From: Candidatus Aenigmatarchaeota archaeon
GTDB lineage: Archaea > Aenigmatarchaeota > Aenigmatarchaeia > PWEA01
Assembly: GCA_046539325.1 (NCBI GenBank)
Contig: JBKHHD010000009.1
Span: forward strand, 1 to 38,915
Direction: 5' to 3'
DNA length: 38,915 bases
Both the position numbers and the translations under genes were made by a program. The notes under the pieces were generated by a model, which saw only the letters and a list, made by a program, of their open reading frames with translations, was not told the DNA's origin and searched no databases. Shown piece by piece: positions 25,503 to 32,691 of the stretch (within the stretch, counting starts at the first letter, position 1; every line of letters begins with the position of its first letter).

Positions 25503-27316
25503 TTCAGTTTAACAGTAGTGTTACTTCCGTGCATAACTTTTGAGACGCTCTCATTGTTTCTTGTAACCGTTATCTCGTAGCTACCATCATACCCCTGAAA
25601 CTGAGCCATTCCTTGTGAGTTAGTTTTTGTAGTTCCGTCTGATTCCCAGGATCCAATCAACCTCTCCAGAGAGCTGTAGGACTTCTTCAGGGTTCCGTTC
25701 TGCTCTATTATCCCTGTTTCAAGGTCCTTCCAGTCTGAATCAGTGGGCTCCAGGTAGTTTATGCTTTCTATATAGGGCTTGCTGTAGATCAAGGTGTAGT
25801 AGTTTTCTATCCACTCTGCCTGTATTTCCTCGTCCCAGGGCTCTTTCCAATATCCTCTATGATCTTCTAGATAGTTAGACGGAGCCTGGAAGTACTGTAT
25901 GTGAATGTCCTTTTCAAGCGTCGAGTACCAGTCCAACATCTCTGATATCGAATAAAGGCTACGAGCTGGAATCCAGTTCTTTCTTGTTTGATTGACAGCT
26001 TCCTGTCTGTAGATATCTTCCTCGACTAGATCCGGGTACATCTCATGTGCCCCACCAAAGTACATGAAGTCGAATGCGATATCAAAGTCCTCGTCGAGGT
26101 TTTCGTAATACGTGTACGGTTCATTGCTGTAACTTTCGTTCCATATTTCAGATCCGTCGATGTTCCATCCTGTCACAACGACGTCATCATTCCCTTCTTC
26201 CTTTATGGTTTCGATGCAGGTCAATGTGGTGTTGATGTTGGTCCCTTTAGATCTGTTGGTAGTTATGTGAAGGGTCTGATCCGCCATGTAATGCATTCCG
26301 AACCCGTAGCATTCCCATCGGGAAACATTCGAAATTCCTTCAAGTTTCTCTATAGTTCTTGAAACGTGCTTGTCTACCTCTTCAGCAAGTTCGTTGTCAG
26401 AGATATTGCTCCAATACGGAGACGGATCGCTTATGAGGCCTGCTACGGACTGATGGAAACTGTCAGTGGTTTTTATCCTTGATTTCTGTCTTTTGAAGTC
26501 CCACAAGCCTCTTTTGGGCTGGGTCTGATGTAAAAAGGAGAACTGCTGATAGGTGTTGAATCCCAAGTCCTTCATCTTTTTAGCAAGCTCTTCGTCGGGC
26601 CTCGGGGACGACCATCCGAACTCGAAGTCGTGTTTTTCGATTGTATATTCTACCGTTGCATTTTCTACAGGACCTTCTTCCCCGTCCAGCACTTCCACCC
26701 TGTGGACTTCCTTCCTTTTGTCTTCTATATTCTCCTCTGCTTTCAGAAGTGTCAGTTTCTCAAGACCCCAGAGGCTTTTGTTGAGTGACTTGAGGTAACT
26801 TCCTTCTTGAATGTGACTTTCAGATTTTTCAAGGAAGTCACTGATATTTCCTTCTGCAGTTTCTGAACCAACATCGTTGTACTTTTCCACCAGCTTTCCG
26901 TGCTTCTCTTTTGCAAGTTCTTCGTTGAGGTGTATAGTTTCGTTCTCTTCGTAATCACCGAGGTCCAGCCTTAGGACTACCTTTCCGAAACCAGGTACCT
27001 CCCAAAGAAGGTTGAGAGTTGTATTTCTCTTTGGAACTTCTAAAACAGGTATCTCAACATCGAACTCGGATACGAACTCACCCCTGATTTCCCCTTCCCG
27101 ATGCCTCCATTTTGAATCCGTGAAAAAGTAAACCTCCTCCGTTTCATTCCTAAACTCACGCCAATTCATGACTTCTCCATCGCGCTCAGCAAGGAGGTAG
27201 AGGGTCCTTTCCTTTACTTGGGTTGATCGATGCGTTGTAAAGCTGGAGATATAAAATCCTACACCAAAGAAGAACAGGAGTACAACCAAAAGCAGAGCAA
27301 AAAACCTTCGGTTCAT
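25499..27316 (-). CDS. Membrane-anchored extracellular GH10-like (clan GH-A TIM-barrel) protein, probably catalytically inactive
   Basis: N-terminal TM (probable ATG 27316, MNRRFFALLLVV); KHDFEFG, YWKEPWDEEIQAEWIENYYTLIYSKPYIESINY, GIIEQNGTLKKSY and FQGYDGSYEI resemble GH10-annotated proteins. Expected WDVVNE and ITE motifs read WECYGF and IHIQYF. Many N-x-S/T sequons. Confidence 0.6.
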   Translation of the reverse strand: MNRRFFALLLVVLLFFFGVGFYISSFTTHRSTQVKERTLYLLAERDGEVMNWREFRNETEEVYFFTDSKWRHREGEIRGEFVSEFDVEIPVLEVPKRNTTLNLLWEVPGFGKVVLRLDLGDYEENETIHLNEELAKEKHGKLVEKYNDVGSETAEGNISDFLEKSESHIQEGSYLKSLNKSLWGLEKLTLLKAEENIEDKRKEVHRVEVLDGEEGPVENATVEYTIEKHDFEFGWSSPRPDEELAKKMKDLGFNTYQQFSFLHQTQPKRGLWDFKRQKSRIKTTDSFHQSVAGLISDPSPYWSNISDNELAEEVDKHVSRTIEKLEGISNVSRWECYGFGMHYMADQTLHITTNRSKGTNINTTLTCIETIKEEGNDDVVVTGWNIDGSEIWNESYSNEPYTYYENLDEDFDIAFDFMYFGGAHEMYPDLVEEDIYRQEAVNQTRKNWIPARSLYSISEMLDWYSTLEKDIHIQYFQAPSNYLEDHRGYWKEPWDEEIQAEWIENYYTLIYSKPYIESINYLEPTDSDWKDLETGIIEQNGTLKKSYSSLERLIGSWESDGTTKTNSQGMAQFQGYDGSYEITVTRNNESVSKVMHGSNTTVKLN

Positions 27317-27356
27317 ACTTTTATCATTCAAATCCTAAATAAATAAAGTTGGTAGG

Positions 27357-28766
27357 ATGGGTGAAAAAAATAGGAAGTATGTAATCAACAAATACAATAG
27401 CCATCGAATTGAAAAGGATAAATGGCTTGTGACCACGGAACAGGGTTCTTGGTCACTTTTATCAAAGGAGGAGTACAAGAATCTGAGGTTAGGGGGTATA
27501 GAAGAAGGCGGTGAGCTTTATCGTCATCTTGAAGACAGGGGAGTAATACTAACAAAGGACAACATTAAAGAGGCAGTGAAGAAACATGCGGTCAAGAATC
27601 ATTTTCTCTTTTCTGGGACATCTCTTCACATAATAACTCCGACGCTTAGGTGCAATCAAAGGTGTACGTACTGCCATTCGAATGTAGAGGGAAAGAATAA
27701 AGAAGGCTTTGATCTTGACAGGGAAACAGCAGAAAATATAGTTGAGTTCGCCTTTGAAAGCCCTGCCAAAACACTGAGGTTTGAGTTCCAGGGCGGTGAA
27801 CCGCTTCTCAGGCTTGATATGGTTGAAATGGTTGTTGAACATGCCAGGAAGCTGTCCGAGGAAAAGGAAAAGGAGGTCAGTTTTTCACTTGTCAGTAACC
27901 TGACAAGGTTGGATGGCGAGAAGATACATCGATTGAAAGAATTGGGAATAAAGGTTTCAACATCTCTCGATGGACCTGAAGAAGTTCACAACCACAATCG
28001 GAAGTATTTGGATGGAGGAGGAACATACAAGGACGTGGTTGAGAAATTAAATGCTCTGAAGGAAGCAGGTATCGAGGTCAATGCCCTTGCAACTGTAACC
28101 CAGAAGTCACTTGACTTCCCGAGAGAAATCGTCGACGAATATATCGGAAATGGATTCGACAAGATATGGCTAAGACCTCTGAACAAGATAGGATTTGCCA
28201 GGGAGAATTGGAATGAAGTGGGTTACAGTGCCGAAGATTTCATGGATTTCTATAAGGAGGCGTTGGATTACATCCTTATGGAGAAAAACAAAGAGATAGT
28301 AGAGTTAAACGCGTTGCTCTATGTCAAAAAGATACTCCGTACAAGCGATCCAAACATGACGGAGATGACCTCGCCTTGTGGAGCAGGTATAAGCCAGCTG
28401 CTTTATGATTTTGACGGAGATATATACACATGTGATGAAGCGAAGATCTTTGAAGAGTTTCGACTGGGTAATGTTAAGCAAAGCGAATGGAGCGATATCT
28501 TCACGAACGATACTCTGTTGAGCATGATAGATATTTCTTCTATGAAGGGTTTAAACTGTAACAGCTGTGTATGGGAACCCTTCTGTTCTGTCTGTCCTGT
28601 GAACATGTATTCTGAACAGGGTACAGTAGTCCCCAAGCTTTCGGAGACCTTCCAGTGCAGACTAAATAAAAAGATGGTAGATGATATGTTTCAAAGGTTA
28701 ATTTTTTCAAAGGACCAGAGACAAACTTTGGAGAAATGGGCAAAGGAGGAAGTAGCTTCCAAGTGA
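27357..28766 (+). CDS. hxsB: His-Xaa-Ser system radical SAM/SPASM maturase HxsB
   Basis: TSLHIITPTLRCNQRCTYC, FEFQGGEPLL, STSLDGP, SPCGAGISQLLYDFDGDIYTCDEA, CNSCVWEPFCSVCPV...C (7-Cys SPASM); ~85-aa N-terminal extension consistent with an RRE; HxsD-like genes downstream. Confidence 0.88.
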   Translation: MGEKNRKYVINKYNSHRIEKDKWLVTTEQGSWSLLSKEEYKNLRLGGIEEGGELYRHLEDRGVILTKDNIKEAVKKHAVKNHFLFSGTSLHIITPTLRCNQRCTYCHSNVEGKNKEGFDLDRETAENIVEFAFESPAKTLRFEFQGGEPLLRLDMVEMVVEHARKLSEEKEKEVSFSLVSNLTRLDGEKIHRLKELGIKVSTSLDGPEEVHNHNRKYLDGGGTYKDVVEKLNALKEAGIEVNALATVTQKSLDFPREIVDEYIGNGFDKIWLRPLNKIGFARENWNEVGYSAEDFMDFYKEALDYILMEKNKEIVELNALLYVKKILRTSDPNMTEMTSPCGAGISQLLYDFDGDIYTCDEAKIFEEFRLGNVKQSEWSDIFTNDTLLSMIDISSMKGLNCNSCVWEPFCSVCPVNMYSEQGTVVPKLSETFQCRLNKKMVDDMFQRLIFSKDQRQTLEKWAKEEVASK

Positions 28767-28770
28767 TACT

Positions 28771-29829
28771 ATGTTCCAGATTTTAATATTTCTTGTGATA
28801 GTGGTTTTCTTCTTCTTTGTTTTTTCCTACAAGGACTTTACTCGGGGAACAATTCCTAACAGATATGTAGCTCTTTTCTTGGTTATAGGTTTCTTAGTGC
28901 AGGTATATCAGGGCAATATCATTGAGGAACCAATTCGAGTTCTAGGGGTATTTCTGTACGGTGCGCTAGGATCGTTTACTCTTTGGTTTCTGGGGCTGAT
29001 ATCTGCCGGTGACTCAAAGCTGCTAACTTCGCTTTTCCTTTACTTTCCCTTCAGACATTATACACGGGCTTTGCCGCTGGACTTTCTCATAAATCTCTTT
29101 GTCCCTGTTTTCATCTTCCTCGTAGTTTACCTTCTCCTGAGATCCGATCGAAAAGCGATAGTTAAAAGCCTGGTTTCAAGTTTCCGGCCTTACCAGGTTG
29201 CAATGGTTTTTGTAATACTTGTGGGTTTCTCCTGGTTCGTTTCAACTTTTTTTGGCTTTCTAGGTCTTGATATAGGCTATTTTGGCCTTGTACTTGCGCT
29301 TTTTATGGGTTATGAGCTGCTTTTCAGGTTTTCATCGGGAAGAACTGAACTCGTTTTCCTTTTCCTTGCCGGACTTAGAGCAGCTCTGGACTACAAAAAC
29401 GCGCTTACGCTACGCTTCTTTGCGTATATGTCTTTGTTCACGCTTTTTTTCGTAGTCGTAAGGCTGTTCACTCTTAAGCTCAGCTTCAGGTTCTTTTCAG
29501 AAAACAAGGACCTTTCGGAGTTGGAGGAAGGAGATGTACTTGCTGAGGGGATAGTCGAGAGAGAAGGAGAATACAAAAAAGAGAGTTTACTGGATTTCAG
29601 CCTGATCGGATATATGAGGAGCAGGAAGAAGAAGTTCATACACGGACTAGGGCCGATAACTGATGAAGACGTTCAACGAATAAAGCAACTTTACTCAGAA
29701 GGTAAGCTTCATTTCGAAAAGCTGAAGGTTCAGAGGACACAGAGGTTTGCGCCGTTTGTGTTCTTCGGATACTTCCTCACCTTTTTTCTTGGAACAAATT
29801 TCTTAACATTTATCAGCATCCTAGTCTAA
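28771..29829 (+). CDS. A24-family prepilin/preflagellin-type aspartic intramembrane peptidase (FlaK/EppA-like)
   Basis: Two catalytic-type Asp: SYKD22...IPN and SAGD81SKL (spacing like FlaK D18/D79); ~9 TM; ELEEGDVLAE soluble insert and C-terminal RFAPFVFFG. Confidence 0.8.
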   Translation: MFQILIFLVIVVFFFFVFSYKDFTRGTIPNRYVALFLVIGFLVQVYQGNIIEEPIRVLGVFLYGALGSFTLWFLGLISAGDSKLLTSLFLYFPFRHYTRALPLDFLINLFVPVFIFLVVYLLLRSDRKAIVKSLVSSFRPYQVAMVFVILVGFSWFVSTFFGFLGLDIGYFGLVLALFMGYELLFRFSSGRTELVFLFLAGLRAALDYKNALTLRFFAYMSLFTLFFVVVRLFTLKLSFRFFSENKDLSELEEGDVLAEGIVEREGEYKKESLLDFSLIGYMRSRKKKFIHGLGPITDEDVQRIKQLYSEGKLHFEKLKVQRTQRFAPFVFFGYFLTFFLGTNFLTFISILV

Positions 29830-29844
29830 ACTCTGTTTGGTAGG

Positions 29845-30225
29845 ATGGAGAATGTTGAGTTTGATGGGGATGAGGCAACAGTTGAGGTAAACACAGGGCT
29901 TTTTGACTTCGATGTAGTGAAATCTGCCGCTTACGTACTTCTTGACAGGGCCTACTTCTCCTTTGGCGGTGATCCTGAAGAGAGTATAGAGGTCTGCATA
30001 AAGGCGAAGGACGGCGAAGACATACAAAATATAGTACGGGATTTTCAGAACGAGCTCGTCAGTTACTCCGTTTACGAAAAAGAATCACAGAAGAACAGTG
30101 AGGTGCGTGAGGCCATAATAAAGAGGGCTATGGCCACAAACCTCGAGGGTAAGATCGAGGACTTTGAAGGCCTCAAAGAGTTTCTTTCTCCCGAGAAGAG
30201 GGAGGATCTTCATGAAGAACGTTAA
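29845..30225 (+). CDS. hxsD: His-Xaa-Ser system protein HxsD
   Basis: VVKSAAYVLLDRAYF...FQNELVSY...VREAIIKRA matches the HxsD pattern; downstream of hxsB. Confidence 0.8.
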   Translation: MENVEFDGDEATVEVNTGLFDFDVVKSAAYVLLDRAYFSFGGDPEESIEVCIKAKDGEDIQNIVRDFQNELVSYSVYEKESQKNSEVREAIIKRAMATNLEGKIEDFEGLKEFLSPEKREDLHEER

Positions 30226-30457
30226 ATTCGATGACAACATTGCAACAGTGTTCCTACAGAGAGAGTTTTATCCCAGGGAGACCGTTGACAGAACAATCGA
30301 CGCTTTCAGTCAAAAGTTTGATGTTTCCTTCGGTCTGGAAGGTGAAAAGTACTTGATAGAACTGGATCCGAAGGGTAAAGTAGACATTGAGAAGCTTGCT
30401 TACCACTTCCTGAACTATGTTCTTTCAGAGATGAACAGTTCAAGTGGAAATATTTAA
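30212..30457 (+). CDS. Second, shorter HxsD-like protein (81 aa)
   Basis: ATG 30212 after GGAGGA; MKNVKFDDNIATV aligns with MENVEFDGDEATV of the previous gene, and FLNYVL with FQNELV; lacks the C-terminal helix. Confidence 0.7.
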   Translation: MKNVKFDDNIATVFLQREFYPRETVDRTIDAFSQKFDVSFGLEGEKYLIELDPKGKVDIEKLAYHFLNYVLSEMNSSSGNI

Positions 30458-30460
30458 TAA
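30453..30460 (+). promoter_or_regulatory. TATA box for the precursor peptide gene (leaderless transcript)
   Basis: TTTAATAA at -30..-23 from ATG 30483, preceded by purine-rich GGAAA (BRE-like); no RBS before the ATG. Confidence 0.55.
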
Positions 30461-30482
30461 GCGAAACAAATTATTACACAAG

Positions 30483-30722
30483 ATGGATGAAGAAGTGTTA
30501 CCCAAGATAAAGAAGACAGTCTCGTCCTACGTGAAGGATGAGAGAGGGTCTATTTCCAAGCATAAGCTTGTCGCACTCGGCGCTTTCTTGGCAACACTTT
30601 CTGCCACGAACTTCATGTCGGATGTAGCGGCAGCAGCTTCCCACACAAATGGATTCGACATCTCCTGGTCCAGTGGGACGATGTATCCAGAGCATTCGCA
30701 TCATGTTTCTGCAGTTCTTTAG
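30483..30722 (+). CDS. Putative His-Xaa-Ser-type RiPP precursor (HxsA-like), 79 aa
   Basis: MDEEVLPKIKKTVSSYVKDERGSISKHKLVALGAFLATLSATNFMSDVAAAASHTNGFDISWSSGTMYPEHSHHVSAVL: charged leader, hydrophobic stretch, His/Ser-rich tail (HTN, HSH, HVS); follows hxsB/hxsD. Confidence 0.75.
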   Translation: MDEEVLPKIKKTVSSYVKDERGSISKHKLVALGAFLATLSATNFMSDVAAAASHTNGFDISWSSGTMYPEHSHHVSAVL

Positions 30723-30731
30723 GGGTTTTGT

Positions 30732-31328
30732 ATGAATTCATTGGATTTAATGGATAAATTGGATCGAAGAAAGGCTGTTGCAGTGCTTATAATCATTCTT
30801 CTCATATCAGTTCCAGTGATTTATATTTTTACAGAGTATTTTTATGACTATGATCTTGGCTCCGGAACTTCCAAAGAAAAATGCATGGAGAATATAACTA
30901 CAGAGCTTCCTGTCTGGTCCATTTCGACCGAGGAAGAGTTCAATAGGGGTAGTTTTTCTGATGTGACTTTAGGAAGTAATGAATATATCAAGCTTTCTGA
31001 GAATGCTTCGGGGGGTCGGTGGGAATCCTTTACTAAGTTGTGGCCAGGGGAAAGTGAATACATATACATGGACACAGATTCAGAAGTTTCAAATGGTGGT
31101 ATAGAGGTTAAAGTACAAACAAGTGATGATAATTTCTCAACGGTTGATGAGACCTTAGTTAGAGAGCTTTCTGGCGGTCTCGAGTCTTTCGGCATCTGCG
31201 ATCTTAACAAATCAAGATCTGCTAGAATTTCAGTGAGACTGGAGTCTGATAACCCCGATAAGGAACTTACAACATTGCACGGGCTCTGGTTGTATTTTAA
31301 GTCAGAACGGACCAACAGAAACAATTAA
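30732..31328 (+). CDS. Membrane-anchored extracellular beta-rich hypothetical protein
   Basis: 198 aa; RRKA then hydrophobic VAVLIIILLISVPVIYIF; two Cys; sequons NIT, NAS, NFS, NKS. Confidence 0.7.
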   Translation: MNSLDLMDKLDRRKAVAVLIIILLISVPVIYIFTEYFYDYDLGSGTSKEKCMENITTELPVWSISTEEEFNRGSFSDVTLGSNEYIKLSENASGGRWESFTKLWPGESEYIYMDTDSEVSNGGIEVKVQTSDDNFSTVDETLVRELSGGLESFGICDLNKSRSARISVRLESDNPDKELTTLHGLWLYFKSERTNRNN

Positions 31329-32107
31329 CGGAATAAAGAGGTTAAAGAGTTCAAGAACGTCTTCACCTTGTCCAGGAGACTTGGTCGATGTTCCTCGTTA
31401 ACTAAGTTGTGGGCTATCCTCCTGAAGGCGTGTGAAGCACGGGAGCTGGGGCTGTGATCAAGGAGAGGTCTTTTGTGTGTTATGCTTTCATCTATCTCCT
31501 TCGCGTAGGGTATTTCCTCGAGTATTTCACATCCGGTTATACCTTCTATTTCTTCATGATCCAGTTCCTTTGAGGTCAGATTGTTTACTACAATTCCTTC
31601 GATTTCTGTGTCCATGTCTTTTATGAGCTCTATAACTCTTAAAGCACCTGATATGGACGTTCTTATTGGATTGGTTACGACTATTGAACTGTCAGCTGCT
31701 TCAAGGACAGAGATAACCTTGTCGTTTATACCCGGGCCACAGTCGGCAAGGATATATCCGTCCATCTTTTGCATAGCCTTGTTGAAGTACTCGAAATCAA
31801 GGCCTGCATAGTCCACAGAAAGCGAAGAAGGCAAGAGAAAAAGCCCGCTTTCGTGCACATGTATGGCCTCCTCGGGTTCGATTCCTTGGCTAATAACTTC
31901 GTTGAGGGTGGAGTCTGGTGTATGTACCCCCAAGTTGATTCCAAGATTTGGATCTTCTATATCTGCATCTATTAACATTACGTCCTTGTCCATTTCATGG
32001 AGAGCCCTGGCTACGTTGAGTGTACACACTGTTTTGCCAGTTCCGCCTTTACCTGAAACAACTGCTATCATCTTTCCTTTTTCTTTCCGGGGATCTTCAG
32101 AGCTCAT
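31325..32107 (-). CDS. minD: MinD/ParA-family ATPase (archaeal MinD-like)
   Basis: Deviant Walker A SGKGGTGKT, LIDAD...PNLG, LADCGPG, VVTNP, VVNN, IPY; C-terminal amphipathic helix SLLDKVKTFLNSLTSLFR. Confidence 0.85.
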   Translation of the reverse strand: MSSEDPRKEKGKMIAVVSGKGGTGKTVCTLNVARALHEMDKDVMLIDADIEDPNLGINLGVHTPDSTLNEVISQGIEPEEAIHVHESGLFLLPSSLSVDYAGLDFEYFNKAMQKMDGYILADCGPGINDKVISVLEAADSSIVVTNPIRTSISGALRVIELIKDMDTEIEGIVVNNLTSKELDHEEIEGITGCEILEEIPYAKEIDESITHKRPLLDHSPSSRASHAFRRIAHNLVNEEHRPSLLDKVKTFLNSLTSLFR

Positions 32108-32481
32108 ATTTTCAGATTATAGTATTTTTTCCTGCCCTTCTTTTCGCACTCCAGTATACCCTCCCTTTTCATCTCGTTGAGGTATTCCGAGCATCTGGTC
32201 CTGGAGAGATCGATGTGATCAGAAAGCTCGCTGGCAGTAGTACCGTCGTTTTCCTTTATGAAGCATATTATTTCTTTTTTCTTCCTTGTCTTTATTCCAC
32301 TGGAGCTGTCGGACTGTAGAGCTTCTTTAATCTCGTCGACCTTTTCGGTTAGTTTGTCAAGCTTAGAATTAATACGTCGAATCTCACTGCCTCTTTGTTT
32401 TTCGCCGACGGACTTCTTCACTTCGTCTTTTATCTCAAGAAGATCTTCACTGACCTCTACTTTGCCCCCTTTTTCAGACAT
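32104..32481 (-). CDS. Winged helix-turn-helix DNA-binding protein with N-terminal coiled coil
   Basis: TTASELSDHIDLSRTRCSEYLNEMKREGILECEKKGRKKYY; 4-nt overlap with minD. Confidence 0.85.
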   Translation of the reverse strand: MSEKGGKVEVSEDLLEIKDEVKKSVGEKQRGSEIRRINSKLDKLTEKVDEIKEALQSDSSSGIKTRKKKEIICFIKENDGTTASELSDHIDLSRTRCSEYLNEMKREGILECEKKGRKKYYNLKI

Positions 32482-32552
32482 TGAAACACCCGTCGACCAA
32501 CGGTTAAAAGTTAGTTCTAAGGCTTTATAAATCTAATATAGGCTTCATTCCC

Positions 32553-32657
32553 TTTCTCGAAATAAAGAATCCTCGAGAAAAATATCGACAGTATTTATCC
32601 CTCTCTCTGGTACTGTCGACCGACATATATAATAAGTATTATAACATTCGACAGTAC
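32553..32657. promoter_or_regulatory. Divergent promoter region with operator-like inverted repeats
   Basis: TCGACAGTA at 32585-32593 (+), 32611-32619 (-) and 32648-32656 (+); tttctcga/tcgagaaa inverted pair at 32553-32560/32573-32580; TATA-like atatataa and ttataa between copies 2 and 3. Confidence 0.6.
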
Positions 32658-32691
32658 GCGTTTTAACTGCAGCTGCTATGGAGGAGTTTAT

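Noticed and set aside
25499-27316. Active endo-1,4-beta-xylanase
   Set aside because: The NE and ITE catalytic motifs are not recognisable.
28771-31328. Type IV pilus/archaellum operon
   Set aside because: No assembly ATPase, TadC/FlaJ platform or canonical pilin with +5 Glu in the window.
31325-32657. A plasmid/chromosome ParABS or SegAB partition cassette
   Set aside because: The ATPase looks MinD-like with a C-terminal amphipathic helix, and no ParB or replication gene is present. Kept only as an alternative reading of the repeats.
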